Sequence record: MK327933.1
DNA length: 64,000 nucleotides
DNA from: Escherichia phage vB_EcoM_G2285
Direction: 5' to 3' (one strand)
Position numbers and translations under genes: made by a program
The notes under the pieces: generated by a model
What the model saw: only the letters and a program-made list of their open reading frames with translations
Told to the model about the DNA's origin: nothing
Database searches by the model: none
Part shown: piece by piece, positions 46,419-56,286 of the stretch
Position numbering within the stretch: position 1 is the stretch's first letter
Layout: every line of letters begins with the position of its first letter

Positions 46419-47694
46419 TGGTGTTTAACCCTATGCATTATTTCTTTATTTTTACCGAGATTAAATCCGCGTTCGTTCGGATTTCCCAAATAACCGCATG
46501 TTCTTCTTATGGTGTTCATCTTTTTAGGATCAGTTTCTCCGCAAACTGAACAAACAAATCCGTTTTCAGTAGGAGTCATTTCATGGGTACTTCCGCATGT
46601 AAAACATTTATCTACTGGCATATTAACACCAAAATAATCTAAATGTTGTGCAGCATAATCCCATACGGCCTCAAGACCTTTTAAGTTATTTTTCATATCA
46701 GGAAGTTCAACATAAGAAATGTGGCCACCTGTCGCAATGAAATGATATGGTGCTTCACGAGAAATCTTTTCAAACGGAGTAATATTTTCTTCTACTGAAA
46801 CATGGAAACTATTAGTGTACCAGCCTTTATCAGTGACATCCTTTACACTTCCATATTTTTCTGTATCAAGTTTACAGAAGCGATAACAAAGGTTTTCAGC
46901 AGGAGTCGAATATAAACTAAAAGCAAACCCAGTTCTTTCAGTCCACTGTTTAAGATGAGCATTCATTTTAGTTAAAATTTCCTGTCCAATATCACGACCG
47001 ACAAGAATATTCAATTCATGAATACCAATGTATCCTAGGGACACTGAACTTCTACCGTTTTTAAATAACTCAATTATGTCGTCATCAGGTTTAAGACGAA
47101 CCCCGAATGCACCTTCTTGGTAAAGAATAGGAGCAACAGTCGCTTTAACTCCTTTTAAGGAACTAATTCTACACATCAAAGCTTCAAAACACAAATCCAT
47201 TCGTTCATTGAATAATTCAACAAATTTCTGTTCATTGAACTGTGTTCCAATATAAGAATCTAACGCGATGCGAGGAAGATTCAATGTTACAACACCAAGA
47301 TTATTACGTCCATCAAGAATTTCATTACCAGTCGAATCTTTCCATACGCTCAAGAAACTACGGCAGCCCATTGGAGAAACTGGAACTGAAGAACCGGTAA
47401 TAGCTTTATTATTCTTAACCGAAATAATGTCAGGATACATTCTTTTGCTTGCACATTCTAACGCAAGTTGTTTAATATCATAGTTCGGATCATCTTTATA
47501 AAGATTAACACCTTCTTCAACAAACATAACAAGCTTAGGGAAAATAGGAGTTATCCCATCACGACCAAGACCTTTAATCCGATTTTTCAGAATTGCTTTC
47601 TGAATCATTCGTTCAGTCCAGTCAGTTCCAGTACCAAATGTAATTGTTACAAAAGGCGTTTGTCCATTTGAACTGAAAAGTGTATTTACTTCAT
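46415..47694 (-). CDS. nrdD: anaerobic ribonucleotide reductase NrdD, exon 2
   Basis: glycyl radical motif RRTCGYLG and C-terminal zinc ribbon; 5' boundary at inferred 3' splice site so the join reads ..AYE-YEVNTLF.. Confidence 0.85.
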
Positions 47695-47720
47695 CATTAT
47701 ATTCAGCATGAGTCGCAAAT

Positions 47721-48491
47721 TCATGCTCGTTTATATGAAACAACAAAATTTGGATAGTCCATAGATATGCAACGTTCTTTTATAGTGCTAGGATGAAAAT
47801 TTAGCGCTTTAGCTGCTTCTATATAAGACGTATACTTAATACCGTCAACAACCACATATTCAGGAACTTTATGAATAGTAGTCTTAATACTCAAAACAAG
47901 AGGATGAGTTTCGACTTCACTTTCAGTGCAATTTAAATATTCCGCTGCTTTTTTAAAACTTCTAAAAGTTTTATTTTTAAGCTTTATCGATACTTGTTTT
48001 TTACTTTTTCGACTATTGATATTATTTTGCACATGTTCCTTAGATCTTCCGTTTTTAGCATAATATTCAGCTACAGAAGATTTTATATTGTTTTTATGAG
48101 ATTCGGATAACACTTTACCCTTATGAGCATCTCTTAATTTTTGAATATGTTCTTCAGTATCCGGATGCTTATAAAACTTTTTACCGCCTATGGATTTATT
48201 TAAACATTTTTTGCTATAAAAATATTTACGTATGACCTCTTCTTCATGTTTTAATGCATCTTTATAACTATCAAATGTTTTTAAAATTATCCATTTAGTA
48301 GGTGTATCAGTTTTTAAGCGTTCATTTATATACTTAGATGACGTTGTGTAAGTTTTCCAGTTTGTGGGCTTGTTTTTAATTGTTCTAAATTTTTTATAAC
48401 CGATATAAATGTCGCCATTAGAAAACTTAACTAAGTATGTAAATGCGTCTTTATCTTTTATTTTAGTACAACGTCTTTTTATCCATTTCAT
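47721..48491 (-). CDS. intron-encoded GIY-YIG homing endonuclease (I-TevII-like)
   Basis: 256 aa; YLVKFSNGDIYIGYKK GIY-YIG motif; lies in 3' part of the nrdD intron. Confidence 0.8.
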   Translation of the reverse strand: MKWIKRRCTKIKDKDAFTYLVKFSNGDIYIGYKKFRTIKNKPTNWKTYTTSSKYINERLKTDTPTKWIILKTFDSYKDALKHEEEVIRKYFYSKKCLNKSIGGKKFYKHPDTEEHIQKLRDAHKGKVLSESHKNNIKSSVAEYYAKNGRSKEHVQNNINSRKSKKQVSIKLKNKTFRSFKKAAEYLNCTESEVETHPLVLSIKTTIHKVPEYVVVDGIKYTSYIEAAKALNFHPSTIKERCISMDYPNFVVSYKRA

Positions 48492-48520
48492 TGTTTCACC
48501 TCGTATTCATAAGATAATCT

Positions 48521-48528
48521 TATTTATA
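48521..48528 (-). promoter_or_regulatory. T4-type late promoter TATAAATA inside intron
   Basis: about 30 nt upstream of endonuclease start, followed by SD GAGGTG. Confidence 0.5.
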
Positions 48529-48739
48529 CAAGATGACTGCTGCATGTCGCCATGCAGATTAGACTATATCTTCATCTTTCGATGCCGGCCGTTTCGAATA
48601 GCATTAGCTTCTATTCTACACCGCTACATTCATCACGGTTAGTCGTTAGGCATTTAGTTCAAAAGAACATTTAGCACGGGATTGTCTACTAGAGAGGTTC
48701 CCCGTTTAGACCGGTTTTACATGAGCCTGAATTAAATTA

Positions 48740-49277
48740 ACTCATACGCCTGGAATGCATCGTATACGTCTTTTTCTGTTTTAGATTGAGCATAATTCAA
48801 CGCATCAGCGATTTGCCATTTTTCTGCATCTTCAATATGTTTAGCATATGTGCGTTTAACATAAGGAGAAAGTACTTTATCTACATTCGCAAATGTAGTT
48901 CCGCCATACTGGTGTGAAGCAACTTGCGCGGTAATTTGTGCCATAATTGCAGTAGCAACACCGATTGATTTAGGAGTTTCAATCTGTGCATTACCTAGCT
49001 TAAATCCGTTTTCAAGCATTCCTTTTAAATCTACTAAACAACAATTAGTAAATGGAAGAGCAGGGGAATAATCAATATCGTGCACGTGAATAATTCCGCT
49101 TTCATGCGCTTTCATAATAAAAGACGGGACTATATTTTTGGCAATGTGTTTAGACACAATACCAGCCATAAGGTCCCGTTGAGTTGGAAAAACACGAGAA
49201 TCTTTATTAGCATTCTCGTTTAAAAGGTCTTTATTAGTTTTATGAATCAATCCTTCAATTTCTTTTTCAATTGTCAT
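48740..49277 (-). CDS. nrdD: anaerobic ribonucleotide reductase NrdD, exon 1
   Basis: MTIEKEIEGLIHKTNKDLL.. matches recalled T4 NrdD N-terminus; exon1+exon2 = 605 codons. Confidence 0.85.
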
Positions 49278-49747
49278 TTTAAACTCTTTCTAAGCTGCTT
49301 CTTAAATGAAGCTATTAACTGTGTTTTGGTGTCAGATTCATTATATTCAAATCCTCTTTGAAGCATCTCAGCCATCATTTCCTCTTTTCCTAAACGAGAA
49401 AATTCCTTTGATTTATCTCCAACAAAATTAGGATGGATATTATTATCAGAATAATCTTGTTTCAAATAAGCAAGAAGAGATTCAAGCCATTCGAGGTAGT
49501 CGACATCACGACCTTTAAGACCAGAACGGTTGAACTTATGCTTCATTTGACCTTCTGCTGCGTTGCACAGATTACAGAGTAATCCACGAACTCTACCGGC
49601 TTTTGGCCCGTTTAATTCATGGTCGTGGTCAAGATGGTTACCTTGAACATCAGGGTCTAATTCACGGTGGCAAATAGGACACTTACCGTTCTGTGCATCA
49701 TAAAATTTTTGTTTTTCTTCTTTATATTTTGCGCCTGATAATAACAT
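49274..49747 (-). CDS. 49: endonuclease VII (Holliday junction resolvase)
   Basis: 157 aa; near-colinear with recalled T4 gp49 incl. CPICHRELDPDVQGNHLDHDHELNGPKAGRVRGLLCNLCN. Confidence 0.93.
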   Translation of the reverse strand: MLLSGAKYKEEKQKFYDAQNGKCPICHRELDPDVQGNHLDHDHELNGPKAGRVRGLLCNLCNAAEGQMKHKFNRSGLKGRDVDYLEWLESLLAYLKQDYSDNNIHPNFVGDKSKEFSRLGKEEMMAEMLQRGFEYNESDTKTQLIASFKKQLRKSLK

Positions 49748-49786
49748 GATAAACCCTTACCTTAAATAGATAAGGGTATTTATAAT

Positions 49787-49966
49787 TTAGTAAACGTTAT
49801 AAAAGTCTCGATGAAAACGTTTATATTGGCGAATCATTTTCTTAGTAGGACGTGTTACTGAAATAATTGAAGTAGCCATAGTCGGATTGTTTGGAGCACC
49901 AGTCATAACAAATTTCCAGGTCTTCTCCCCGTTTTTTCTTTCAGTATAAATCGTTTCTGTTCTCAT
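49787..49966 (-). CDS. 59 aa protein, absent from ORF track
   Basis: hand translation MRTETIYTERKNGEKTWKFVMTGAPNNPTMATSIISVTRPTKKMIRQYKRFHRDFYNVY. Confidence 0.35.
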   Translation of the reverse strand: MRTETIYTERKNGEKTWKFVMTGAPNNPTMATSIISVTRPTKKMIRQYKRFHRDFYNVY

Positions 49967-49975
49967 AATAAGCCT

Positions 49976-50407
49976 TTAACTTAAACATCTTTCTAAATAT
50001 TCGATGTATTCCGCTGCAGCTTGCATCAGATTACCTTCATAACCGTCATTATTTTCTTGACCAGCTAATTTAGCTAAAGCATAAGAAATACGTTCACCTT
50101 CGAATTCGCCAAGTCCACCATCACAAACTACTTGGTCAATTTCTTCGAGTTCATCTATTGAATGGGATTCCCAGAAGCACCAAAGAGAAGTATCACGGTC
50201 ATAGATGCAAAGTTTCTCACCTGTGTTCAACATCACTTCGATAATGCCATGGTCGCCATACCCATCTTCGGTAGTAGTACCAATTACCTTGATGATTGTA
50301 TCTTTCTTTAATTCAGGAAACTTATCTTGGAGTTCTTCATCTTCTTTAACAATCTTGAACCATTTACCGCGAGTTTCAGAAATATTCATAACCATACTCC
50401 ATATCAA
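49976..50407 (-). CDS. hypothetical protein (pin/49.x position)
   Basis: 143 aa acidic ORF. Confidence 0.45.
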   Translation of the reverse strand: MIWSMVMNISETRGKWFKIVKEDEELQDKFPELKKDTIIKVIGTTTEDGYGDHGIIEVMLNTGEKLCIYDRDTSLWCFWESHSIDELEEIDQVVCDGGLGEFEGERISYALAKLAGQENNDGYEGNLMQAAAEYIEYLERCLS

Positions 50408-50508
50408 TTAATTCATTTATTGAAGGTTCATCATAACATGGTTCTTCGTCGTTGTAAACTGTTTCGACGTCTGGCTCAACAGTCTCCCATCGAGCCGAAT
50501 ACCATGGT

Positions 50509-50844
50509 TTAACCGCGGAACTTATTGAGCTCTTCATAATCAATCCAGGATTCTAGTCTGGATGGCAAAGCAGATTCAATGTTCCACAGAAGATCTTCGA
50601 TGGCTTGTAGGCGATTATATTCTTCAACAGTAATAGTAACCATTGTTTCAGGCTTTTTAACCATCATGTCATTCATCAGAATGTACAGGTCTTCACAAAC
50701 AGCCAGGTCGTCCCATGTCCATATTTCAGCATCTCGAACCAATGAAGTCGGAATCGAATTTAAAACTTCAAGCTTAGTAGGAGCGTCAGGGCCGAGAAGA
50801 GTTGCTACAAATTTATATGCTTTGGCGAAATCAATATCGTTCAT
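50509..50844 (-). CDS. hypothetical protein
   Basis: 111 aa ORF. Confidence 0.45.
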   Translation of the reverse strand: MNDIDFAKAYKFVATLLGPDAPTKLEVLNSIPTSLVRDAEIWTWDDLAVCEDLYILMNDMMVKKPETMVTITVEEYNRLQAIEDLLWNIESALPSRLESWIDYEELNKFRG

Positions 50845-51104
50845 TTAAAATATTCTCGCAGTTGGTCAAATCCGCCAATGTGACTTCCGTCAGGAGCAAA
50901 CACTTGAGGCATAGTCAATCCGACTTGCGATTCACGTCCAAGCTTAACAAGAAGCTCAGTAATTTTCTCATCATCGAACACACCTTTTTCCGGCATAACA
51001 TTAATGAATTCGAATGGTTGTTTCTTAACAGTCAGCAATCGTTTCGCATTATCACAATAAATGCATTTATGAATAGTAGAGTCATACCCATACACTTTAA
51101 ACAT
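50841..51104 (-). CDS. nrdC: thioredoxin NrdC
   Basis: MFKVYGYDSTIHKCIYCDNAKRLL.. matches recalled T4 NrdC; CxxC redox motif. Confidence 0.9.
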   Translation of the reverse strand: MFKVYGYDSTIHKCIYCDNAKRLLTVKKQPFEFINVMPEKGVFDDEKITELLVKLGRESQVGLTMPQVFAPDGSHIGGFDQLREYFK

Positions 51105-51510
51105 TATTTTTCCTTTCATCGATTAAATATGCAATGCCAAATACAATACATGTAATAAAACCTGTGATACAGATAGAAACCAACAACACTGTACCAAAGA
51201 ACCAAATCAAGTTATCTTTAGTAGTTTGTTTGATATCCATCTCACGAATTTCTATAGCTATCGTATCACCTTTATTCAGAAGCGTATAAAACGATGGCGA
51301 TACACGCCTGTCAAAAACTCGTCCTTGTTCATCTTTATAGACTGCAATAAATTCTAATTTAGAATATTTTCCTGTAGATTGACCTGAGATTAATTCCACT
51401 ACCTCCACAGGAATTACTTTAGTTTCCATGTAAGTATTCTGGCTGCTCCAAATGAATGGAATAATGGCAAAAACTAAAGCTGTGATAAAACAACGAAGGC
51501 TATATCTCAT
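51097..51510 (-). CDS. membrane protein
   Basis: 137 aa, N- and C-terminal TM segments. Confidence 0.5.
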   Translation of the reverse strand: MRYSLRCFITALVFAIIPFIWSSQNTYMETKVIPVEVVELISGQSTGKYSKLEFIAVYKDEQGRVFDRRVSPSFYTLLNKGDTIAIEIREMDIKQTTKDNLIWFFGTVLLVSICITGFITCIVFGIAYLIDERKNNV

Positions 51511-51785
51511 TATAATGTTCTCTCAAATTTGTGGAAGCATTTACGGCATTTCAATTTCAGGTTATCAGTGGTCCAGTTAACCAGTTGGACTTGGATAGTT
51601 CCACATTCCGGACATGGATGTTTTGCTGCCGATTTGGCAGCATTTTCACGTCGTTCAACCATTTTCATGATTTCGTTCCATGCCGGAGGAACGAACTCTT
51701 CTTCACCGTGGATTTTATCTTGCTGAACAAATTCAATCTTTGAACTATCGTCAATAAACTTAACCAAGCGGTGATTAGTGCTCAT
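51510..51785 (-). CDS. zinc-ribbon protein
   Basis: C-terminal CPECG..CRKC; start set at internal Met. Confidence 0.45.
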   Translation of the reverse strand: MSTNHRLVKFIDDSSKIEFVQQDKIHGEEEFVPPAWNEIMKMVERRENAAKSAAKHPCPECGTIQVQLVNWTTDNLKLKCRKCFHKFERTL

Positions 51786-51814
51786 ATCAATATCCTCTAA
51801 AAGACGTAGTTTCA

Positions 51815-52765
51815 TTATAAAACCTCAATGGCATTTCGTAAACCATCCGCTTTCGCATTCAGAGCTTTTAACGATTTAGTTTGTTCTGCAATCTGGGCTT
51901 CGACTTCTTTCAGACGAGATTTGAGATATTCGCGTTCTTCTCTTAAGTTATCAACTTTTTCTGCTTTAGGTTCTTTAATAGGCTTAGGTTTATACGTATT
52001 AGGGTTCTTCAGTTTAATTTGAATGCGTGAACTGTATAACATTGAACCATTATCTTCGGTTTCATCATACATTTCTACTACATCCATAGTCTGTAACATC
52101 GTACAAAGTTTATAAGACAGCGAACGAACGGTTTTGTTGTGCTTATTAATTTCTTCGGCTTTCATGATACCGAGATTACGTGAGTAATAATAAGGAACCT
52201 GGATATCAATTGACAATGATGCGTTACCATTACCGGTTGGTTTGAATACTGCAGTAACCCAATCTTTAACATGAACTTTATTTGTACGACCGTCGCCGCC
52301 TGTGAATAATTTACGTGAATGTTTAAAAAGCATGTTCACTTGGTTATTGAATTCACAAGCAAATTTATCAGCAAATTTAGTTTCAGGAATGGTAGATAAC
52401 CAATCAGCCAAATGGGTCTTTTTAACATCGTTAATAATAGTAAATTCAACTAAATCAGTTTTAGATGTCACAGATTTAATAAAGCTCGGCTTCATAAAGT
52501 TTTTAATGTTATCGCGAGCTACAGTAGAAGATAATAAACGAGAACGTTTGAACCATTGAAGCAGCGTCCCTAATGAATGAGAATACGCATTCTGTGTATC
52601 TTTACAGATATGATTTTCTTGACCTGTGTATGTACAAAAATCGCGAAGAATACCACTTACTACATCTCGGTGTGGAATATCAAATCCTAGTGCACCAGCA
52701 GCGCGCTGAGCATGAACGTTAGCGATAAGACCGGCAAAGTATTCAATGTAATGTGAACGTGTCAT
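51815..52765 (-). CDS. hypothetical protein with C-terminal coiled coil
   Basis: 316 aa ORF. Confidence 0.5.
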   Translation of the reverse strand: MTRSHYIEYFAGLIANVHAQRAAGALGFDIPHRDVVSGILRDFCTYTGQENHICKDTQNAYSHSLGTLLQWFKRSRLLSSTVARDNIKNFMKPSFIKSVTSKTDLVEFTIINDVKKTHLADWLSTIPETKFADKFACEFNNQVNMLFKHSRKLFTGGDGRTNKVHVKDWVTAVFKPTGNGNASLSIDIQVPYYYSRNLGIMKAEEINKHNKTVRSLSYKLCTMLQTMDVVEMYDETEDNGSMLYSSRIQIKLKNPNTYKPKPIKEPKAEKVDNLREEREYLKSRLKEVEAQIAEQTKSLKALNAKADGLRNAIEVL

Positions 52766-52793
52766 AATATTTTCCTCTCGTTAAGATAGGTTC

Positions 52794-52822
52794 ATTATAC
52801 TCCAACCATCCTTGGTTGTACA
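52794..52822 (-). promoter_or_regulatory. early-type promoter (-35 TGTACA, 17 bp, TGGAG-TATAAT)
   Basis: minus TGTACA-ACCAAGGATGGTTGGAG-TATAAT. Confidence 0.45.
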
Positions 52823-53818
52823 TCATTCCTTAAGAAGTTTTACTACCTGAATAAGATTAGCTCGTTCTGTTTTATTTTTACCATTTAAGCCTGCTAATCG
52901 TGAGATTTCATCGTCAGTCTGTTGAATAGTTACATTAAGTTCGTTAATCAAAGCTTCAAAGTATTTGATTTGCTCAGCATGTTTTGATTCAAATTTCTGA
53001 ACCGGAATAACGTCTTGGTTTAGTTCATCAATAAGGTCTTTAAGAGCATCTTCTTGGTTGATATCATATTCAACTTCTTTTATTTCTTCAACGAGCTCGT
53101 CTTTATATCTAACGTCTTTTAGTCCTGGTGCTGGTCCTGAAATCTCTTCTTTAAGAGTACAAACATATCCAATACGGTATCCAATGCCGTCTCGCTTGAT
53201 ATCAACTTCGTCGATAAATCCACAATGTTTAAGACCAGAGCCGATTAGGTTAAAATATCCTTGACGTCGTCCTTCAAACGTTACACGAACTACTAAGACA
53301 GTTTTGCCACCAACCTTTTGAAGCTCACATTTATAAAAGTCCGTTGAACCTGAATAACGTGGGTGAGTTTTAAAGTTCATCTGACGATCTAGGCCCATTT
53401 GTAAACGTGCTGTTACGGCCAGAAAACGTGTTTGGTTCTCGTTAAGATGAGCAACAATCCGTTTCAAAGGCATTTTACACTGTTCACGACCGAACAAATC
53501 AGTACGTCCTAGATTACGCAGGATATTGTTAGAGTTAATCATCGACAGAACGTTAAGTTTATTCAGCGCGCTGAAGATTCCATCAGCCATTGATTTTCCA
53601 TAACCTTTACACGCTTTAATAAGTGCTCGCGGCAGATTAGTATAGATTTCAGACGGCATATGAAAATCAAATTTACTAGTCAGTAATTGATGAACTTGGA
53701 TAGCAATTTGCTCATAATTAAGTGCTCTGCGATCGTTATGGTCTTTAAACCACACTTTAATCTGTGAAGCACATAAACCGTTAATTTCATGTTTTACCGC
53801 ATCAGATGTAATGCTCAT
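52823..53818 (-). CDS. hypothetical protein with C-terminal coiled coil
   Basis: 331 aa ORF. Confidence 0.5.
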   Translation of the reverse strand: MSITSDAVKHEINGLCASQIKVWFKDHNDRRALNYEQIAIQVHQLLTSKFDFHMPSEIYTNLPRALIKACKGYGKSMADGIFSALNKLNVLSMINSNNILRNLGRTDLFGREQCKMPLKRIVAHLNENQTRFLAVTARLQMGLDRQMNFKTHPRYSGSTDFYKCELQKVGGKTVLVVRVTFEGRRQGYFNLIGSGLKHCGFIDEVDIKRDGIGYRIGYVCTLKEEISGPAPGLKDVRYKDELVEEIKEVEYDINQEDALKDLIDELNQDVIPVQKFESKHAEQIKYFEALINELNVTIQQTDDEISRLAGLNGKNKTERANLIQVVKLLKE

Positions 53819-53880
53819 AACTATTTCCTCAGATTGAATTGGAACTCAAAACCATTATAACCCGTCCTTGGGTAAAGCGT

Positions 53881-54408
53881 TTATGCGTGAACCGTCTTTA
53901 AACGTTCTTCAAATTTCCGAAGAGTACTAATACGTTCTGCTTTCTGTTTTGTATAGTTTGCAATACGTTCTGAAGTGAGAGCGTATCGTTCGTTTACTGT
54001 TTCTTTCATGAAGTCAGGGATTTCACGAGAAGCTTTAATTTCATCAAACTTATCGAGTACTGCCTGGTCTTCAGCGATTAAATTTTCGTACATCTCGATA
54101 TCTTTCTTGATAAACTCGATATCTTCCTGGGTTACTTTGGATAAACGAGATGCTTTATCCTTTTTGTACTGCTCGTTAGTTTCACGAGACCAGAATAATG
54201 TACGTTTTTTGTTAGTGTTTTTGTAGACTTCCACAATTCCAACCGAATCGATGATAACAATCCAATTCCAGCGAGATTTGAAAATCTGACCTCCGTCCAC
54301 GGTAATCTCGTTACCATAAGCAATGTCATTAAAGAACTTACTTTGTGCTTCAGATTTAAATTTACCGTCGTTATAATTTACCAGGTTGAAAATATCTTTA
54401 GCGTTCAT
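53881..54408 (-). CDS. hypothetical protein
   Basis: 175 aa; SD GGAGGTAAAAC before ATG. Confidence 0.5.
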   Translation of the reverse strand: MNAKDIFNLVNYNDGKFKSEAQSKFFNDIAYGNEITVDGGQIFKSRWNWIVIIDSVGIVEVYKNTNKKRTLFWSRETNEQYKKDKASRLSKVTQEDIEFIKKDIEMYENLIAEDQAVLDKFDEIKASREIPDFMKETVNERYALTSERIANYTKQKAERISTLRKFEERLKTVHA

Positions 54409-54435
54409 GTTTTACCTCCAGTAGTTGATAGGTCT

Positions 54436-54464
54436 ATAATAACATAACCATAGACCTTGTAAAC
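54436..54464 (-). promoter_or_regulatory. early-type promoter (-35 GTTTAC, 17 bp, -10 TATTAT)
   Basis: minus GTTTAC-N17-TATTAT-AGACCTATCAACTACTGGAGG. Confidence 0.5.
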
Positions 54465-54466
54465 AA

Positions 54467-54754
54467 CTAAAAGAAACTTTTTTCGGTATTTTTTCCACTG
54501 AACCAAACAGACTTCGGGATTTTTTGTAATTTTTCAGATTTAAGTTTCTCTTCCTGTTCTTTCTTATATACACCCTTGTCGTACTGGAGCATCTCTATGG
54601 CATTCTTTTGCAAACGATCTAAGGTAATTAAGGCTTTAGTTTTTCCTTTCAAGGAAGAGTCCTGGCGAACCTCCTCGCTATATTGCATCGTAGAACTAAC
54701 CATACGATGAGCATAGAGTTCGACTGCGGCTTTAATTTTTTGCATAAAATCCAT
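54467..54754 (-). CDS. hypothetical small protein
   Basis: 95 aa ORF. Confidence 0.4.
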   Translation of the reverse strand: MDFMQKIKAAVELYAHRMVSSTMQYSEEVRQDSSLKGKTKALITLDRLQKNAIEMLQYDKGVYKKEQEEKLKSEKLQKIPKSVWFSGKNTEKSFF

Positions 54755-54892
54755 AACATATCCTCTTTGATTTGTACATCATTATTTTTAAATATTTCTA
54801 TGCCCTCAGTAGGTTCCTGGTGTCCTTATTTGAGGTAAGCCATATGATTATTCATCTTTATGGCTTTTGTTACCTCAGAACTTCCTATAAGC

Positions 54893-55873
54893 TTATTTCA
54901 GTAAAGTTACTTCAGAGATTTCCTCCCAACCATCTTTGTCAGTTGAAATAAAATCTGCTACATAAAGAGCCGTACGTAATGATACATTGCGAAGACGAGA
55001 TACGTTAGCCTTCATCCAGGACAATGCTTTGTACGTTTCTGCATCAGTCAGACCACGTTTCTGCATCATGTCAGTAGATAATATTACATCTTCAACTCGA
55101 ACCATAATCTCTTCATTAGAGTGTACTCCAAGGTCGAGATACACTGAACGAGATACTAAAGCTTGAAGGTGAGGAGCAAGTTTCGAACCACGTTCTAACT
55201 CTTTATCGATATCAACGTTTGTAATGAAAACGATAGTACCTTCAAACTCAAATTCTTTATCGATACCCTTATCATCAAGATAAGATGATGCAGTGCTCCA
55301 GCAAACTTTGCGTTTATCACCGGTATCTAATGCTGCTTTAAGAAGGTTCAAGATGTCCATATCTGAGAATACGTCAACGTCGTCGATTAAGAGAACGCTG
55401 TCTGCATCACGGTTGAGCCAAAGTTGTTCGTAAAGGCCAATACCAGAGATTTTACCATTAATGCTTTTGTATTTGATGAAACCATTATCATTAGCATTAT
55501 TAAGTGCTTTATCCAGAGAATACGTCTTACCAATACCGGCTGCACCTGAAATAATGAGTGAACGAATTTTGCCATCGATAATGCCATTCGTCATCATGTT
55601 CATTACTTTAAAGCGTTTGTTGATACGAGTTTTCATATCTTCAGTGCTTTCAACAACTGCAACTGGTGATGTCTCAACTCCTTCCATTACGATGTCTGAT
55701 TTGAAGACCCATACTCCACGTTCAGAACCATCAATCATAACGAAAATTTTACCATCACCTAAGTGGGAACATTCAGGATTAAGCTTTGCCGGGAACCAGG
55801 TCTTTGTGGCAACATAAGAACCAGAGATTTCGTTATTACGATAGATACCTTTTTTGATTTGAACATTGAACAT
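54893..55873 (-). CDS. P-loop ATPase
   Basis: Walker A GAAGIGKTYS and Walker B VLLIDDVD; start set at ATG with SD GGAG. Confidence 0.55.
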   Translation of the reverse strand: MFNVQIKKGIYRNNEISGSYVATKTWFPAKLNPECSHLGDGKIFVMIDGSERGVWVFKSDIVMEGVETSPVAVVESTEDMKTRINKRFKVMNMMTNGIIDGKIRSLIISGAAGIGKTYSLDKALNNANDNGFIKYKSINGKISGIGLYEQLWLNRDADSVLLIDDVDVFSDMDILNLLKAALDTGDKRKVCWSTASSYLDDKGIDKEFEFEGTIVFITNVDIDKELERGSKLAPHLQALVSRSVYLDLGVHSNEEIMVRVEDVILSTDMMQKRGLTDAETYKALSWMKANVSRLRNVSLRTALYVADFISTDKDGWEEISEVTLLK

Positions 55874-55911
55874 TTTATTCTCCAATTTACTCATTTCGTT
55901 TCGATAGGTCT

Positions 55912-55940
55912 ATAGTATCATATCCTAAAAGCATGTACAC
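55912..55940 (-). promoter_or_regulatory. early-type promoter (-35 TGTACA, 17 bp, -10 TACTAT)
   Basis: minus TGTACA-N17-TACTAT-AGACCTATC. Confidence 0.45.
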
Positions 55941-55992
55941 TACTTTTTTAAAAATATTTTAACCCCCTAAAGGGACCCGAAGGTCCCCACAT

Positions 55993-56259
55993 TTACTTAT
56001 CGCACTTAGCAACATAATTAGGCATATCACAGAATACGGAGCGAGTAACTACTCGGCCCTTTGACCATGCTTCAGTTGCTTGTCCGGCCGTGCTATTAAT
56101 ATAGCTTGATCTAATGTTCTCAATACCCTGAGAATGTGATGCATTTACCGAACCGTTAGAAGGCCCAGAAGACTGGTTACCACCAGCTCCTGCGCCCGTG
56201 GTAGCACCAACAGAGAATGCCATCATTACTGCGAATAAACCAATTACTAATTTTTTCAT
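55993..56259 (-). CDS. secreted small protein
   Basis: 88 aa with signal peptide MKKLVIGLFAVMMAFSVGA. Confidence 0.5.
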   Translation of the reverse strand: MKKLVIGLFAVMMAFSVGATTGAGAGGNQSSGPSNGSVNASHSQGIENIRSSYINSTAGQATEAWSKGRVVTRSVFCDMPNYVAKCDK

Positions 56260-56286
56260 ATTTACCTCAAGTTAATGGTTATTTAT

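Larger units (their letters stand above)
47695..48739 (-). ncRNA. group I intron in nrdD (sunY-type) carrying a homing endonuclease ORF
   Basis: begins TAATTTAATTCAGG after exon U; core CGGGGAACCTCTCTAGTAGACAATCCCGTGCTAAATG and GATATAGTCT..TGCATGGCGACATGCAG; ends ..GAATATAATG. Confidence 0.8.
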
